Source: the human T2T-CHM13v2.0 reference genome, Homo sapiens. Taken from it: 64,000 bases of DNA. Shown in pieces: positions 1-14,413 of this stretch (the stretch's first letter is position 1; every line of letters starts with the position of its first letter). Both the position numbers and the translations under genes were made by a program. Below the pieces are notes generated by a model that saw nothing but the letters and a program-made list of their open reading frames with translations, had not been told where the DNA came from and made no database searches. The DNA lies in the NCBI RefSeq assembly GCF_009914755.1, contig NC_060931.1; one strand, written 5' to 3'.

Positions 1-180
1 CTCCTTTGCGGATAAGGGTCACCATGTGACTAGATTCTTATCAGTGAGATGGAAGCATTAAAGTTTCTCAGGCATCTTTAAAAACGGTGCCGAAGAGCTG
101 GCACATTTTGCCCTTTGCCTTTTCTTTTCTCCCAACTGATGACTGGTGTCCCAGCCATCATCTCATGACCAGCAGAGTAT
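1..180 (+). mobile_element. Degraded MLT1-type (ERVL-MaLR) LTR fragment
   Basis: CACCATGTGACTAGATTCTTATCAGTGAGATG resembles the MLT1H/J/K core GGCCATGTGACTAGTTCTGGCCAATGAGATG; ends poorly defined. Confidence 0.35.
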
Positions 181-2718
181 AAAACCAAACAAGTCTTAAG
201 CTTCTTGAAACTTCTTTTAAGTTATTTTTACAATAGTATGCTGCTTTATTTTGGGGTAGTATAAAGTATTATCTACTCATTTTTGGGGGTTACAACTTTA
301 GTTTCACACAAATTGTCAGCAAAGGCATACATTCAATATGGGGGACCATAGAAAATCTTAAAAAGGAGCTTACTGTGTTTATTATCCTCAGGGTAGAAAA
401 AAAAAGCCCTCACTATCCATGGAAATGATATAAAAAAAGAAGGAAGGTTTCTTTTATTTCTTCTGTTCTCATGAGAATCTGTCTTATAACTATGTAATAA
501 ATTATGAAAGGCCTGAAGAATATCATATTCTCTTCTCACACTTGCTACATAATTTTTTTCAATGAAAATTATATGACTCATAATCTTAAGACATATTACC
601 AACTACAAAATGAATGATATTAGAGGAAGTCAGCTTAGCTCAAAGCTTTCCAGGCAACCCAATAATAATTTGTTGTCCTTCTCCTTAAAAAGGCATAAAG
701 TGAACCCTGTGCTAAGAACTATTTATAATAAACAAGTAAAGCCCGAAGAGGTTGATTAAAATACCTTCAAATTGCATATTTTGACATTAAATGAAAAACC
801 TCTTCAGAAATCTATTCGTGATTAACATTTTAAGTGATCTTTAGGAGATTATTACAAGACCTATAAAGAATGGAGAAAAGCAAAGTTGAGCTACAAATAG
901 AAAATATTAACATACTAACTCCATTTAAATTTATTTCTTTTGCTTCTTCACTTGCTTCAATAATTTGATATTAATCTATTTACAATTGTTATGAAAAACT
1001 TTAAAAAGGCAAAAGGTTTTTTTTTTTTTAATAAAAAGCTCCAGAAAACAAAACAAAAAAAAGAAAACAAACCTAAACATAAAACAATGGAATGACTATT
1101 TAGGTGGTGTGGAATGAAAGGACACAACAAATCAATTACTAGGGTTGGAAAAATGTCATTGTATCTAGCAACAATCTGCATATCTTGACCTCAGCAAAAC
1201 AAATTTCAATGGATCACTGAGATGGTATGAGGGTAGGTGGCTGATATATCAGTAAAGATATTAATAAGAGAGAGAGAAACAAAATACAAGCAAAAATACC
1301 AAATAGGGTGAGAAAGAAAGGGTGACTATGTTTTTTACAACATGGCACAGTCCTCTGTTCTTTAATAATACTTTTGTCTTGCTTCACACTCAGCTATCTC
1401 TTCTTGGTGTTGCTGACATACCTGTCTCTAAGAATATCTTCTCCATAGACACCTTCTAAAGATTTACTAAGAACATTCAAAACTTGGTACACTACATATT
1501 CAAGCTGACTAGAATTGTTTATAAACATTAAGTAACTTGTGATTAATAGACAAGTAGCTCTGGCCTGACAATAAAGTACTTGTAGAATTTAACATTTTAA
1601 AATAATTCTCTGCTTATTTCTTGGCTGTGTTCTTAATCTTCAATGTTATCAGATGAGTAATGTGTGAATGACTGAATTATTCCTCTGCATAAGACTTCTG
1701 ATCATTCTTGGAGGATCTATGATATAGGTCCTTGAGATAAATGCTGGAAAGTGAAAGTCACTGAGGATTTCTCCTGAAAACATATCACTGTGGCCCACTG
1801 AGAAGCTCTGAGATCATTCCCAAGAGTCTTCTTTTTAGCCCCTTGGCTAGAAACAATTATTTTGAGAATCTTTTCATCAGAAATTTGAGAGTACATAATT
1901 TCTTATTACTTAATCAAAGCTATAGGTGGAATGGTATGTGGCATTTTAAAACAAATTTAAATCCTGACTCAAGATTCAAGTTAAGTTGTAGTCTAAAAAT
2001 CCTGAATACCAATTGCTGAAATATATTCATATTTCAAAATGTACACTTTGATACCAAAAAGCCTAGCAATTTTCTTGTAAGATGCACCTATTTCATCAAT
2101 CATATTTTTTAATACTGCTGCTGTAATTGGCATATGCTCTATCAGTAACTTTAACAGTACATCTACTCATTTGAAATATGCATCTGGAGCCTTTAAAAGC
2201 ATCATAAGAGAGTAATACTTGTTATATCAATTTGGCAGCATCTGTTGTATCATTTTCTATATAAAAATTAAATAGTTAAACACTGGTTCATTCCTTAATC
2301 CAACAAAAAAGAATTTATCTATGACTTTGGCTTTGCAAAGAGATAAATCTATTCATTATAATTGCTTTAAATTCTATTCTGAGTTTAACAGATAGAATGC
2401 CAAAAGAAAAGAATGCCATTTCTGATATGCTTATTAACATTTTCTAAGGATTAGAAAGTAATGATCTATAATAATGACAGTCAAAAGCTATTTACCTGTG
2501 TATTTTAGTATAACTCATTGTTATTATAATGATACCACTTAAACCTCTAGAGTCTTTGTTTATATAAACCTTATGGGGTTGGAAGTTTTATCTGAAGCTT
2601 CTCTAAATCAATTCATGTAAATCTGACTAACCATTTCTCAAACTTGGTTCTTTTGTTTTCTATGTGATTTGTTTCACGTTGCATTAAAATAAGGTTTTTG
2701 TCCTATGACATACAAAGA

Positions 2719-5700
2719 TTTATTTATTTTTTTTCACTTTTATTTTAGGTTCAGCGGTACACGTGCAGATTTGTTATATGGGTAAGTTGCATGTGACGGG
2801 GGTTTGCTGTACAGATTATTTCATCACCCAGCTAATAAGCATAGCATGTGATAGGTAGTATTTTGATCCTTGCCCTCTTCGCACCCTCCACCCTCAAGCA
2901 GGCCCCTGGGTTGTTGTTCTCTTCTTTGTGTACCTACGTGCTCAGTGTTTAGCTTGCATGTGTAAGTGAGAACATGCAGTATTTGGTTTTACATTTCTGT
3001 GTTAGTTTACTTAGGAAAATGGCCTCTGGCTCCATCCATGTTGCTGCAAAGGACATGATACTGTTTTTTTTATGGCTGTGTAGTATTCCATGGTGTATAT
3101 ATACCACACTTTCTTTATCCAGGCTTCTGTTGAGGGCATTTACATTGATTCCATGTCTTTGTTATTGTGAGTAGTGCTGTCATGAACATACACATGCATG
3201 TTTCTTTGTGGTAGAATGATTTATATTCCTTTGGGTGTATACTGAATAATGGATTTTCTGGGTCAAATGGTAATTCTGTTTTAAGTTCTTTGAGAAACCA
3301 CCAAACTGCTTTCCACAATAGCTGAATTAACTTACATTCTCACCAGTATCCTTTTCTCTGCAACCTCACTAGCATCTGTTACTTTTTTACTTTTTAATAA
3401 TAGCCATTTGAACTGGTGTGAGATGGTATCTCATTGTGGTTTTGATTTGCATTTCTCTAATAATTAGTGATGTTGAACATTTTTTCATATGCTTGTTGGC
3501 TGTGTGCAAGTCTTTGAAAGGTGTCTGTTCATGTCCTTTGTCCACTTTTTAATGAAGTTGTTTGTTTTGTGCTTGTTGATTGGTTTAAGTTCCTTACAGA
3601 TTTTGGATATTTGGCTTTTGTCAGATGCATAGTTTGCAAATATGTTTACCCACATTGTATGATGTCTGTTTACTCTGTTGATATTTCATTTTGCTGTGCA
3701 GAAGTTGTGCATGTGACAGGGGTTTGCTGTACAGATTTTTTCGTCACCCACCTAATAAGCATAGAATGTGATAGGTAGTTCTTTGATCCTCATCCTCAGG
3801 ATTAATGAGGTCCCATTTGTCAATTTTTGTTTTTGTTGCAATTGCTTTCAGTATCTTTGTCATAAAATCTTTGCCAGGTCTTATGTCCAGAATAGTATAT
3901 CTTAGGCTATCTTCCAAAGCTTTATAGTTTTAGGTTTTATATTTAACTCTTTAATTCATCTTGAGTTGTTTTTTGCAAATAATGTAAGGAAGGGGTCCAG
4001 TTTTAATCTTCTGCATATGGCTAGCCAGTTATCCCATCACCATTTATTAAATAGGAAATCTGTTCCCCATTGCTTGTTTTTATCTACTTTGTTAAAAATC
4101 ACATGGATTTAGGTGTGTGGCATTATTTCTGGGCCCTCTATTCTGTTCCATTGGTCTATATGTCTGTTTTTGTACCAGTAACATACAGTTTTGGTTATTG
4201 TATCATTCTAGTATTCTAGTGTAGTTTGAAGTTGGGTAATGTGATGCCTCCTGCTTTGTTCATTTGTGTAAGATTGCCTTGCCTATTCAGGCTCTTTTTT
4301 GGTTCCATGTGAATTTTAAAATAGCTTTTTCTAGTTCTGTGAAGAATGTCATTGGTAGTTTTATAAGAATAGCATTGAATCTGTAAATTACTTTGGTCAG
4401 TATGGCCATTTTAACAATATTGATTCTTCCTATCCATGAGCATGGAATGTTTTTCCATTTGTTTGTGTCATCTCTGATTTCTTTAAGTGGTCTTTTGCAA
4501 TTTTCAGTGTAGAGATCTTTCACATCGCTGGTTAACTGTTATTTCTAGGCATTTTATTCCTTCAGTGGTTATTTTGAGTACGATTGCTTTATTGATTTGG
4601 CTCTCAGCTTGGATGTTGTTGGTGTACACGACTGCTACTTATTTTGTACATTGATTTTGTATACTGAAACTTTGCTGAAGTATTTTAACAGATTAAGGAG
4701 CTTTTGGGCAAAGACTATAGGGTTTTCTAGGTATAGAATCGTACTGTCTGCAAACAGAGATAGTTTGGCTTTCTCTCTTCCTATTTAGATGTCTTTTATT
4801 TCTTTCTTTTGTCTGATTGCTCTGTCTAGGACTTCCAGTACTATGTTGAAAAGGAGTGGTGAGAGAGGACATCCTTGTCTTGTGCAGATTTTCAAGGGGA
4901 ATGCTTTCAGCCTTTGCCCATTCAGTATGATGTTGGCTGTGAGTTAGACATCTCTTACTATTGTGAAGTATGTTCCTTCAATTCCCGGTTTGTTGTGGGT
5001 TTATAACATGCAGAATGTTTAATATTATCAATAGACTTTTCTGCATCTACTGAAATGATCATGTGCTTTTTGCCTTTTAGCTCTATGTGATGAATCACAT
5101 TTATCGATTTGCATTTGCTGAAGAAAGCTTCTATCCCAGGGATAAAGCATATTCGATTGTGGCAGATTAGCTTTTTGATGCATGCTGGATTCACTTTCTT
5201 TGTTAGTATTTTTTCTGAAGATTTTTGCCTTTATGTTCATCAAGGCCTAAAGTTTTCCTTTTTTGTTGTGTCTCTGCCAGCATCTAGATGATGCTGGCCT
5301 CATCAAATGAATTAGGGAGGAGTCCCTCCTCATCGTTTTTTGGAATAATTTTAGTAGGAATGGTACCTGCTCTTCCTTATACATCTGGTAGAATTTGGCT
5401 GTGAATTCATGTAATCCTGGAATTTTTCTAGTTGGTAGGCTTTTTATTACTGATTCATTTGGGAACTCATTATTTGTCTGTTAAGGGATTCAATTTCTAC
5501 TATTTAAACCTTGAGAGAGTCTATGTTCACAGCAAATTATCCATTTCATCTAGGTTTCTGGTTTGTGTGCATAGAGGTATTCATAGTCATCTCTGAGAGC
5601 TTTTTGTATTTCTGTGGGGTCAGTGATAACATCCCCTTTGTCATTTTTATTCTATTTGAATTTTCTCTTTTTTTATTAGTCAAGTTAGCAGATAATCAAT

Positions 5701-6048
5701 CTTATTTATTCTTTCAAAAAACAAACTCTTGGAGCCATTGATCTTTTGTATAATTTTACACAATTCAATTTCCTTCAGTTCAGGTTTGATTTTGGTTATT
5801 TATTGTCTTCTGCTAGCTTTGGGATTCATTTGCTCTTGGTTCTCTGGTTCCTCTAGTTATGATGTTAGGTTGTAAATGTGAGATCTTTCTAACTTTTTGA
5901 TGTGGACATTTAGAAATATAACTTGCCTCTTAACATGCTTTATCTGTGTCCCAAGCATTCGGGAATGTTGTATCTTTGTTTTCGTTCATTTCAAAGAATT
6001 CCTTGATTATATTGTTTACCCAAAAGTCATTCAGAAGCAGGTTGTTTA
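2719..6048 (-). mobile_element. L1PA15/16-like LINE-1, 3' UTR and ORF2 (piece 1 of 3)
   Basis: T-rich tail at 2719, L1PA15/16-type 3' UTR, ORF2 peptides such as [21 protein letters not shown] (4287-4523); many stops and frameshifts. Confidence 0.9.
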
Positions 6049-6431
<383 letters not shown>

Positions 6432-9400
6432 ATAATTTTTTAATTCTAATTTTTGTCAATACAGAGTAGGTGTATATATTTATAGGATATATGCAATATT
6501 TTGGTATAGGCATGCAATGACTAATAATCACATCAAGGAATATTAGGGAACCATCCCCTCTAGCATTTATCTTTGTGTTACAAACAATCCAGTTAGACTC
6601 TGTTATTTTTAAATGTACAACTATATTATTAACTATAGTCACCCTGTTGTGCTAGAAAACACTAGATCTTATTATTTAATGATTTTTTGTACCCATTAAC
6701 TATACCCACCTTCCTACCACTCCCCCATTACAATTCCCAGCCTCTGGTAACCATTCTAATATTTGCCATCTCTATGAGTTCAATTGTTATAATTTTTAGA
6801 TTCCATGAATAAGTGAGAATATGCAATGTGTGTCTTTCTGTGCCTGGCTTATTTCACTTAACATGATGACCTCCAGTTTTATCCATGTTGTTGCAAATGA
6901 CAGAATCTCATTATTTTCTATGTTGAACAGTACTTCATTGTGTGTTACTGCCAGATTTTCTTTATCCATTCATCTGTTGATGAACATTTAGGTTGCTTTC
7001 AAATCTTGGCTATTGTGAACAATGAACTGAAAAGTCTGCTGCAGACATACGAGAGTTCAATTGTATACTATTTGTTTCTTTTCTCTTGCTGCTTTTAGAA
7101 TCGTTTCTTTATCCTTGATCTTTGGGAGCTTGATTATTACATACCTTGAGGTAGGGTTCTTTGGTTTAACTCTGCACAGTGTTAAACTTAAACTTCTTGT
7201 ACTTAAATATTGACATCTTTATCTAGGTTTGGGAAGTTCTTGGACATTATCCCTTTGAATAAACTGTCCACCACATCTCTTTCTGTACCTGATATTTAAG
7301 GCTATTAACTCTTAAACTTGCCCTTTTGAGGCTCTTTTCTAGATTTTGTATGCATGCTTCAGTGTTTTTTATTCTTTTTCCTTTTGTCTCCTCTGATTGT
7401 ATATTTTCAAACAGCCTGTCTTCAGGCTCACTACTTGTTTCTACTTCTTGAAAAATTGTGCTGTTAAGAGAATCTGATGGATTCCTCAGAATGTCAATTG
7501 CATTTTCCAACTCTAGAATTTCTGCTTGGTTCTTTTTAATTATTTCAATTTCTTTATTAAATTTATTGGATAGATTCTGAATTCCTTCTTTGTGTTTCCT
7601 CAAAACTACTCTGAAGTCTCTGTCTGAAATGTCATATATCTCTGTTTCTCCAGGACTTGTCCCTGGTGCCTTATTCAGTTTATGTGGTAAGGTCATGTTT
7701 TCCTGGATAGTGTTAATGCTTGTAGATGCTCATCAGCATCTGAGAATTGAAGACTTAGATATTTATTGTAGTCTTCATAGTCTGGGCTTGTTTGTCCTCG
7801 TTCTTCTCAGGAAGGTTTTCCAGGTATTCAGAGGGACTTAGGCCACAAGCCCAATAATGCTGTGGTTTTTGCAGACTTGTAGAGGTATTATTTTGGTGGT
7901 CTTGGAAAAGATCTGGAAGAGACTCATGTTCTTTTCTCTTACTTTTTCCAAAATAACAATAAAAATAACAATAATAATAATACAGAGTTTTCTTTCTGTG
8001 CTGAGCTGCCTGGAACTGGGGATGTGATGATGCAAGCAACCCTGTTTCCCCCACCAGTGGGACTATGCTTAGTCAGATGTGAGGCCAGCACAGCACTAGG
8101 CCTTGCCCAGAGCCCTTCCCCCTTCAGGGTGGCAAGTTTCCCCAGGTCACAGGCATATCTAGAGATGCTGTGTGGGACCCAGAATTTGGAGTCAAAAATG
8201 TTAGAAATTCGATACAACTGGGTAAGCTGGCACTCAAACCACATTACAAAGTTTTTCTCACTTTTTCTTCCCCTTTCTACAGGCAGAGGAGCCTCTTCCT
8301 GTGGCCAGAACCACTACTGGTTTATGGGGGGTTCTGCCAGGCCACTGCCAATGTTAGCTTAAAGCCCAGGGGCTCTTCTCTCAGCTTGTGAATGCTGCCA
8401 GGCCTAGGACTCACCATTCCGGGCAATGGGCTCCCTTCTAGCCTAGGATAGGTCTAGAAATGCCACCCAAGAGCCTATTCCTGAACTTGGGACTCCAAGA
8501 GCTGCTTGTTACTCTACCCCATTGTAGCCAAACTGTTACCTAGGGTGCAAGACTTTTCCCTCTGCTTTCCTCAAACAGAAACAGTCTTTCACCATAGCTA
8601 GGTGGGAATGTGCTGAGTCTCTCCTGAAACCAGTATGTCTCAGAACCCAAGTTTCCACAGTGTGCTTCTTGGGTATTACTGGTGGATTTCAGGGCCCAAG
8701 AGCTCTTTAGTCAGAAGATAATTAATCTCGCCAGGACTTGGTCTTTCTCTTCAAGGCAGTGGGGTACCTTTTGGCCCATGATGCGTCTAGAAGTGTCTCC
8801 TGGGAGCTGGACCTGGAATGGGGACCTCCTGACTCTGCCCAGTGCCCTGTTCTACTATAGCTGAGCTGGTATCCAAGATGCAAGACAAAGTCCTCTTTAC
8901 TCTTTGCTCTCCTCTCCTTAAGCAGAAAGAAGAGGTCACTTTTGTTGCTACATGCTGCACTAGCTGAAGTCAAGGGAGGGTGCAAGCATTCCCTTAGTCA
9001 TGCCAGCTGGTATCTCCCTAGGTCACATGCCACCTTAGTTCACTGGTTGTAATCCCAGTCTAGCACTAGGAGTTACCTAGGAATTACAATTCTTGTGTCC
9101 TGGACTCCCTTTGAAGTGTACCTAGGACCCCAGAGGATGTCAGTTCATGGTGGCAAGGCTTGCCAAGAAACTAAAGTTCTGATTTGAATGGGTGAATCCT
9201 CTATGGCCAAGGCTATTCCAAATGCTCCCTCCATGCACTGGTACCAGCTGAACCCAGCAGGGCTTTATTCTCAACTATGACAGGACAGCACTGAGTTGTG
9301 ACAGGCAGTACCTAGTCACTATACTTTCCTCTCAAAAGTGTACAGATTCTCTCTCCATTCTGCATGGCCACTGCCAGGAGATGAGGGAGGAGCAATGTTA

Positions 9401-10247
9401 ATGATTCACCAGTGCCTCTCCTGTCATCCTCAATGCCTTTTTAAATATGAACTTAAAGCCAGGTACTGTGATTGCACATCTGATTTTTGGTCCTTGTGAG
9501 AGTGTTCCTGGACCAAACTGAGGGTTGGGCTGCTATTTCTCGAGGCCCAGTAATGAGATGCAGATGAACCAGGAAGGAAGAGAGTTTTTATTTATGCAAC
9601 CAGTTACAGGGAGAAGACCTGGGAATTATCACCAGACCAACTCAAAATTACAAAGTTTGCCAGAGCTTATACAACTTTTAAGCTATATGTCTGTGGGTAA
9701 GTGTGCATTCATCTGAAGACATAAGTGATTAACTTCTTTTAATCTATAACTAAGGTCTGAGACCTGAAGACCTTCCTTGGGACCTTAGTAAATTTACTTT
9801 ATCTAAATGGGTCCAGGTGCTGGGGTCCTATCTTGTCTCCTGCTAAATTACAAAGGTTTGAGGAGTTCCTTCAAACCCCCAATAAACTTGTTTATGGAGG
9901 CCTGGGGAGTTTCTTCATACCCACAATAAAACTTGTTTAATCCTAAATGGGTCCTATGAAGAACTCTTTCATTATTCTGTCATGTTTTAAGGCCCAGGAA
10001 AGGCCTAGACAAAATTCTTGATAGGCTTTTGTTACATCCCAGTCTTTGCATAAGGGCACGGGCTTTTAATATTTAACTTAACCCCTCAGTCAGTACAGAA
10101 ACAGTTGTTATGGAGGCCTGAATTAGTGAGACCTGGCCTGCCACAACAGTGCTTTTCTATGTGCAGATAGTTGTTAAAATTTGTTGTTGTAGTGGGGGAG
10201 ATAAACAGGGTAAGATTCTATTCTATAATCTTGCTCTGCCCTCTGCC
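6432..10247 (-). mobile_element. L1MA2/3-like LINE-1 with both termini but an internal deletion of roughly 3.9 kb
   Basis: L1MA-type 3' end at 6432-7024 joined directly to ORF1 (7247-7696, coiled-coil-like peptide) and a long 5' UTR ending ~10247; perfect 17-bp TSD TGATTTCTATTTTTATT at 6415-6431 and 10248-10264. Confidence 0.88.
9503..10145 (-). mobile_element. Solo LTR, ERV1-like (subfamily not assigned)
   Basis: Minus strand begins TGTGGCAGG and ends GGAACA; minus-strand AATAAA near 9590; 4-bp TSD AGAG/ACAG; interrupts the L1MA 5' UTR. Confidence 0.85.
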
Positions 10248-12885
10248 TGATTTCTATTTTTATTGTGCTATAGTCTGAAAATGTGTTTGGTATCATTGGT
10301 ATGTGCCATGAGCAGATGAGAAGAATTGACATTCTGTTGGTTTTGGGTGAAGAGTTCTTTAGATGTCTACTAGGTCCATTTGTTCAAGTGTCAAATTCAG
10401 ATCTTGAATATCTTTGTTAGCTTTCTTCCCCAGTGATCTAATACTATCAGTGGGGTGTTGAAATCTCTCACTATTACTATGCAGTTATCTAAGTGTTTTC
10501 ACAGGTCTCTAAGAACTTGCTTTATGAATCTGAGTGGTTCTGAGTTTGGTGCATATATAATTAGGATAGTTAGGTTTTCTTGTCGAATTGAACCCTTTAC
10601 CATTTTGTAATACCCTTCTTTGTCCTTTTTGATCTTTGTTGGTTTAAAGTCTGTTTGGTCTGAAATTAGAATAGCAACCTCTGCTTTCTGTTTTTCATTT
10701 GCTTGGTAGGGGTCTCTCCATCCCTTTACTTTGAGGCTAGTAGCGGCATTGCATGTGAGATGGGTCTCTTGAAGACAGCATACTATTGAGTCTTGCTTCT
10801 TTATCCAACTTGCCATTCTGTGCTTTTTAATTGGAAAATTTTGACTGTTTATATTCAAGTTTAATATTGATAAGTGCAGATTTGATCCCGTTATTATATT
10901 GTTAGCTGGTTATTATTCAAAGTTGTTTGTGTGATTGCTTTATAATGACAATGGTCTATGTAATTATGTGTATTTTTGTAGTGGCCAGTAATGATCTTCC
11001 TTTCCATATTTAGCACTCCCTTTAGGACCTTTTGTAAGGCAGATCTGGTAAGGCAGCAAATTCTCTCAACATTTACTTGTCCGAAAAGGATATTATTTCT
11101 CCTTTGCTTATGAAGCTTAGTTTGGCTGGATATGAAATTTTTGGTTGGAATTTCTTTTATTTAAGCATGCCAAAACATGGGCCCCGACCTTTTATGGCTT
11201 GAAGGGTTTCTGCTAAAACGTCTGCTGTCAGCATGACGGGTTTCCTTTGGTAGATGACCTGCATGTTCTCTCTAGCTGTCTTTAGCCTTTTTTCTTTTAT
11301 TGTAACCATGGAGAATGTGTCTTGGGAATTTTTGTGTGTGTAGTATCTCACAAGTTTCTCTGTATTTCCTGAATTTGAATGTGTGCCTTTCTAGCAAGGT
11401 TGGAAAATTTTTCATGTACAATATACTGAAATATGTTTTTCAAATTGCTTACTTTCTCTCCCTTTCTTTCAGGGATGCCAATGAGTCATAGGTTTGGTCT
11501 CTTTACATAATCCCATATTTTTCAAAGGTTTTGTTCATTCTTCTTTAATATTTGTTCTTGTTTTTGTCTGGCTGAGTTATTTCACAAAATTGGTCTTTGA
11601 GCTTGTACAGTCTTTCCTCAGCTTGGTTGATTTTGCTGTTAATACTTGATATTGGATTCTGAAATTCTTAAAGTGAGGTTTTCAGTTTTTCAGCTCCATC
11701 AGATCAGCTTGGTTGTTTCTTAAAATGGCCATTTTATCTTTCATCTCCTGTATCCTTGGATTGGGTTTTGACTTTCTTCTAAATCTCAATGATCTTCCTT
11801 CCTATTTACATTCTGCATTTTATTTTTGTTATTTCAGCATAAGAACCATTGCTAAGGAACAAGTGCATTTGTTTGGAAGTAAAAAGACACTCTGGCTTTT
11901 TGAGTCACCAGCGTTCTTGGGCTGGTTTTTTCTCATCTGTGTGGACTGCTGTTCCTTCAACTTTGAAGCTGTCATCCTGTGAATTTTTTTTTTTTTTTTG
12001 CTTTTATCTTCTTCCATGTCCTTGAGGATTTGATTTGGTATAATGTTGGTTCAATCAACTGGCTTCATTTCTGAAAGATTTTAGGGGGCCAAGGTTCAGC
12101 TCAGGAGTTCTGTGTTGCATGCTCTAACTCTGGAGGGCTGGTATCAGGCCCCTGGCTTTGTTCTTTGGCCTCTCAAGGTTAGGATCCTGCTGCACTGAAG
12201 GTGCTGAAGTGTTTCTGGACCACTGGCCACAAAACAGGCAGTGACAGTGGAATCTGGGGTCATTCACACATGCCAGAAGCAGCAGTAGCATGGCGGTGTT
12301 CAGGCATTTGCAGCAGCAATGGCAGAGCTGCCAGGGATTTGTGCTCATGCCAGCAGCAGTAGTGCAGTGGAATGCACATGCTCTGGTAGGGGAGGGGAGA
12401 GGAGGTCTACCCACGTGTGTGCACACCAGCAAAGTGGCTGAGGGGTGGCCATGGGTGAGTACATGCTAGAAAAGTGGCTCAGAGGGGACTGTGGTGGGGG
12501 GAAGGTGTGGGTGGCCTGGTGCACTTCAGTGGGGGCTGCTCTGCTGGAGTTCTCCAGTGGCCAGGTGCAGGTTGCCAGTGAAGGTGTTATGATGTGGGCT
12601 CACAAGAAGCACCTTGATTGGGCATCGAAGGCTGCATTGCAAGAGGGCATGCCCGTGCTGGAGCCTTAGAAGAGGCCAGCAAACAAGAGGATGCTCAGAT
12701 CTGACTGACCATTTCTCATGGGCAAGATTGCCCTGCTCTGTTCAGTTCCAACAGTTCCCCTAAAGTTAAAGTCTCCTAAGGGAACATAATGAGCCTTAGG
12801 TGATGGGGCATCCCTGGGTGTACTTCACTGCAGATATTCCCATCCCAAACTTTCTGGGCTCCACAAAGGCTGGAGTCATTCCCCT
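10248..12885 (-). mobile_element. L1PA15/16-like ORF2 endonuclease region, ORF1 and partial 5' UTR (piece 3 of 3)
   Basis: EN peptide CCLQETHL...VAILISDQTDFKPTKIKKDKEG (10499-10858), ORF1 remnants at 11157-12017, GC-richer 5' UTR up to the THE1 insertion. Confidence 0.88.
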
Positions 12886-13542
12886 TCATATGGTTAGGCT
12901 TTGTGTCCCCACCCAAATCTCATCTTGAATTGTAATCCCTGTAATCCCCACATGTCAAGGGAGAGGCCGGGTGGAGGTAACTGAATCATGGGAGCAGTTT
13001 ATCCCATACTGTTCTCATGATAGTGAGTTCTCACAAGATATGATGGTTTTATAAGGCACTCTTCCCCCTTCATTCAGCACTTCTCTTTCCCACAAACTTG
13101 ATGGCCTTGCTTCCCCTTTGCCTTCAGCCATGACTGTAAGTTTCCTGAGGTCTTCCAAGCCATGCTGAACTTTGAGTCAATTAAAATTCTTTCCTTTATA
13201 AACTACCCAGTCTCAGGCAGTTCTTTATACCATTATGAAAACAGACTAATACAGTTAATTGGTACCAGTAGAGTGGGGTGCTGCTGCAAAGATACCCAAA
13301 AATGTGGAAGCAACTTTGGAACTGCTTAACAGGCAAAGTTTGGAACAATTTGGAGGGCTCAGAAGAAGAAAGGAAGATGTGAGAAAGTTTGGAACTTCCT
13401 AGAGACTTTTTAAATGGCTTTCACCAAAATGCTGATAGTGATATGGACAATAAACTCCAGGCTGAGGTGGTCTCAGATGGAGATGAGGAACTTGTTGGGA
13501 ACTAGAATAAAGGTGACTCTTGCTAGTCACCTTTATTCCTTT

Positions 13543-13918
13543 ATGTGGCACATATACATTATGAAATACTATGCAGCCAAAAAAGGAATTAATTCATGTC
13601 CTTTGCAGGGACATGGATGAAGCTGGAAACCATCATTCTCACCAAACTAACACAAGAACAGAAAACCAAACACCACATGTTCTCACTCATAGGTGGGAGT
13701 TAAACAATGAGAACACATGGACACAGGGAGGGGAACATCACACACTGGGGCCTGTAGGGGTTGTGGGGTAAGGGGAGGGAGAGCATTAGGAGAAATAACT
13801 TATGCATGCGGGGCTTAAAACCTAGATGATGGGTTGACGGGTGCAGCAAATAACCATGGCACATGTATACCTACACGTCCTGCATATATATCCCATAACT
13901 GAAAGTATTATAAATAAA
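13543..13918 (+). mobile_element. Displaced, inverted 3' end of an L1PA8-like element
   Basis: ORF2 C-terminal region and 3' UTR with L1PA8-type GCATGCGGGGCTTAAAACCTAGATGA, then a short A-rich tail. Confidence 0.9.
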
Positions 13919-14413
13919 TTTTTAAAATTCTTTTTTCTTTGTTTTTGTCAGATTGGGTTAATTCTAAAGTCTTGTCTTTGAGTACTCAAGTTCTTTCTTC
14001 TACTTGTTTAATTATATTGTTGAAACTTTCCAGTATAATTTGCATTTCTCTAAGTGTGTCTTTCATTTCCAGACATTGTGATTGTCTTTTCTTTATAATA
14101 TATATTTCTATGGAGACTTTTACAAACCATATTCTGTATTGTTTTTCAAAATTTATTTGTTGGTTTTCACCTTTCTCTGGTATCTCTTTGAGTAGCTTAA
14201 CAATCAACCTTTTGAATTTTTTTATCTGGCATTTCAGAAATTTCTTATTGGTTTCGATCCATTGCTGGAGAGCTAGTGTGATCTTTTGGGGGTGTTATAG
14301 AACCTTGTTTTGTCATATTACCAGAATTACTTTTCTGGTTCCTTCTCATTTGGGTAGACTGTTTCAATGGAAATATCTGGAACTAAAGGGCTGCTGTTCA
14401 GATTACTTTGTCA
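13919..14413 (-). mobile_element. Displaced L1PB-type 5' UTR end and ORF1 N-terminus
   Basis: Minus-strand ATGAGAAGGAACCAG start at 14349; ORF1 coiled-coil peptide LEMKDTLREMQ...IKQVEERT (13986-14207); ends at the sequence where the L1PB1 at 20490 begins. Confidence 0.85.

Noticed and set aside
13526-14413. L1 3' transduction as the explanation for the insert
   Set aside because: No terminal poly-A after the L1PB segment and the target is not TT/AAAA-like; the matching TSD partner is local. Considered unlikely rather than fully excluded.
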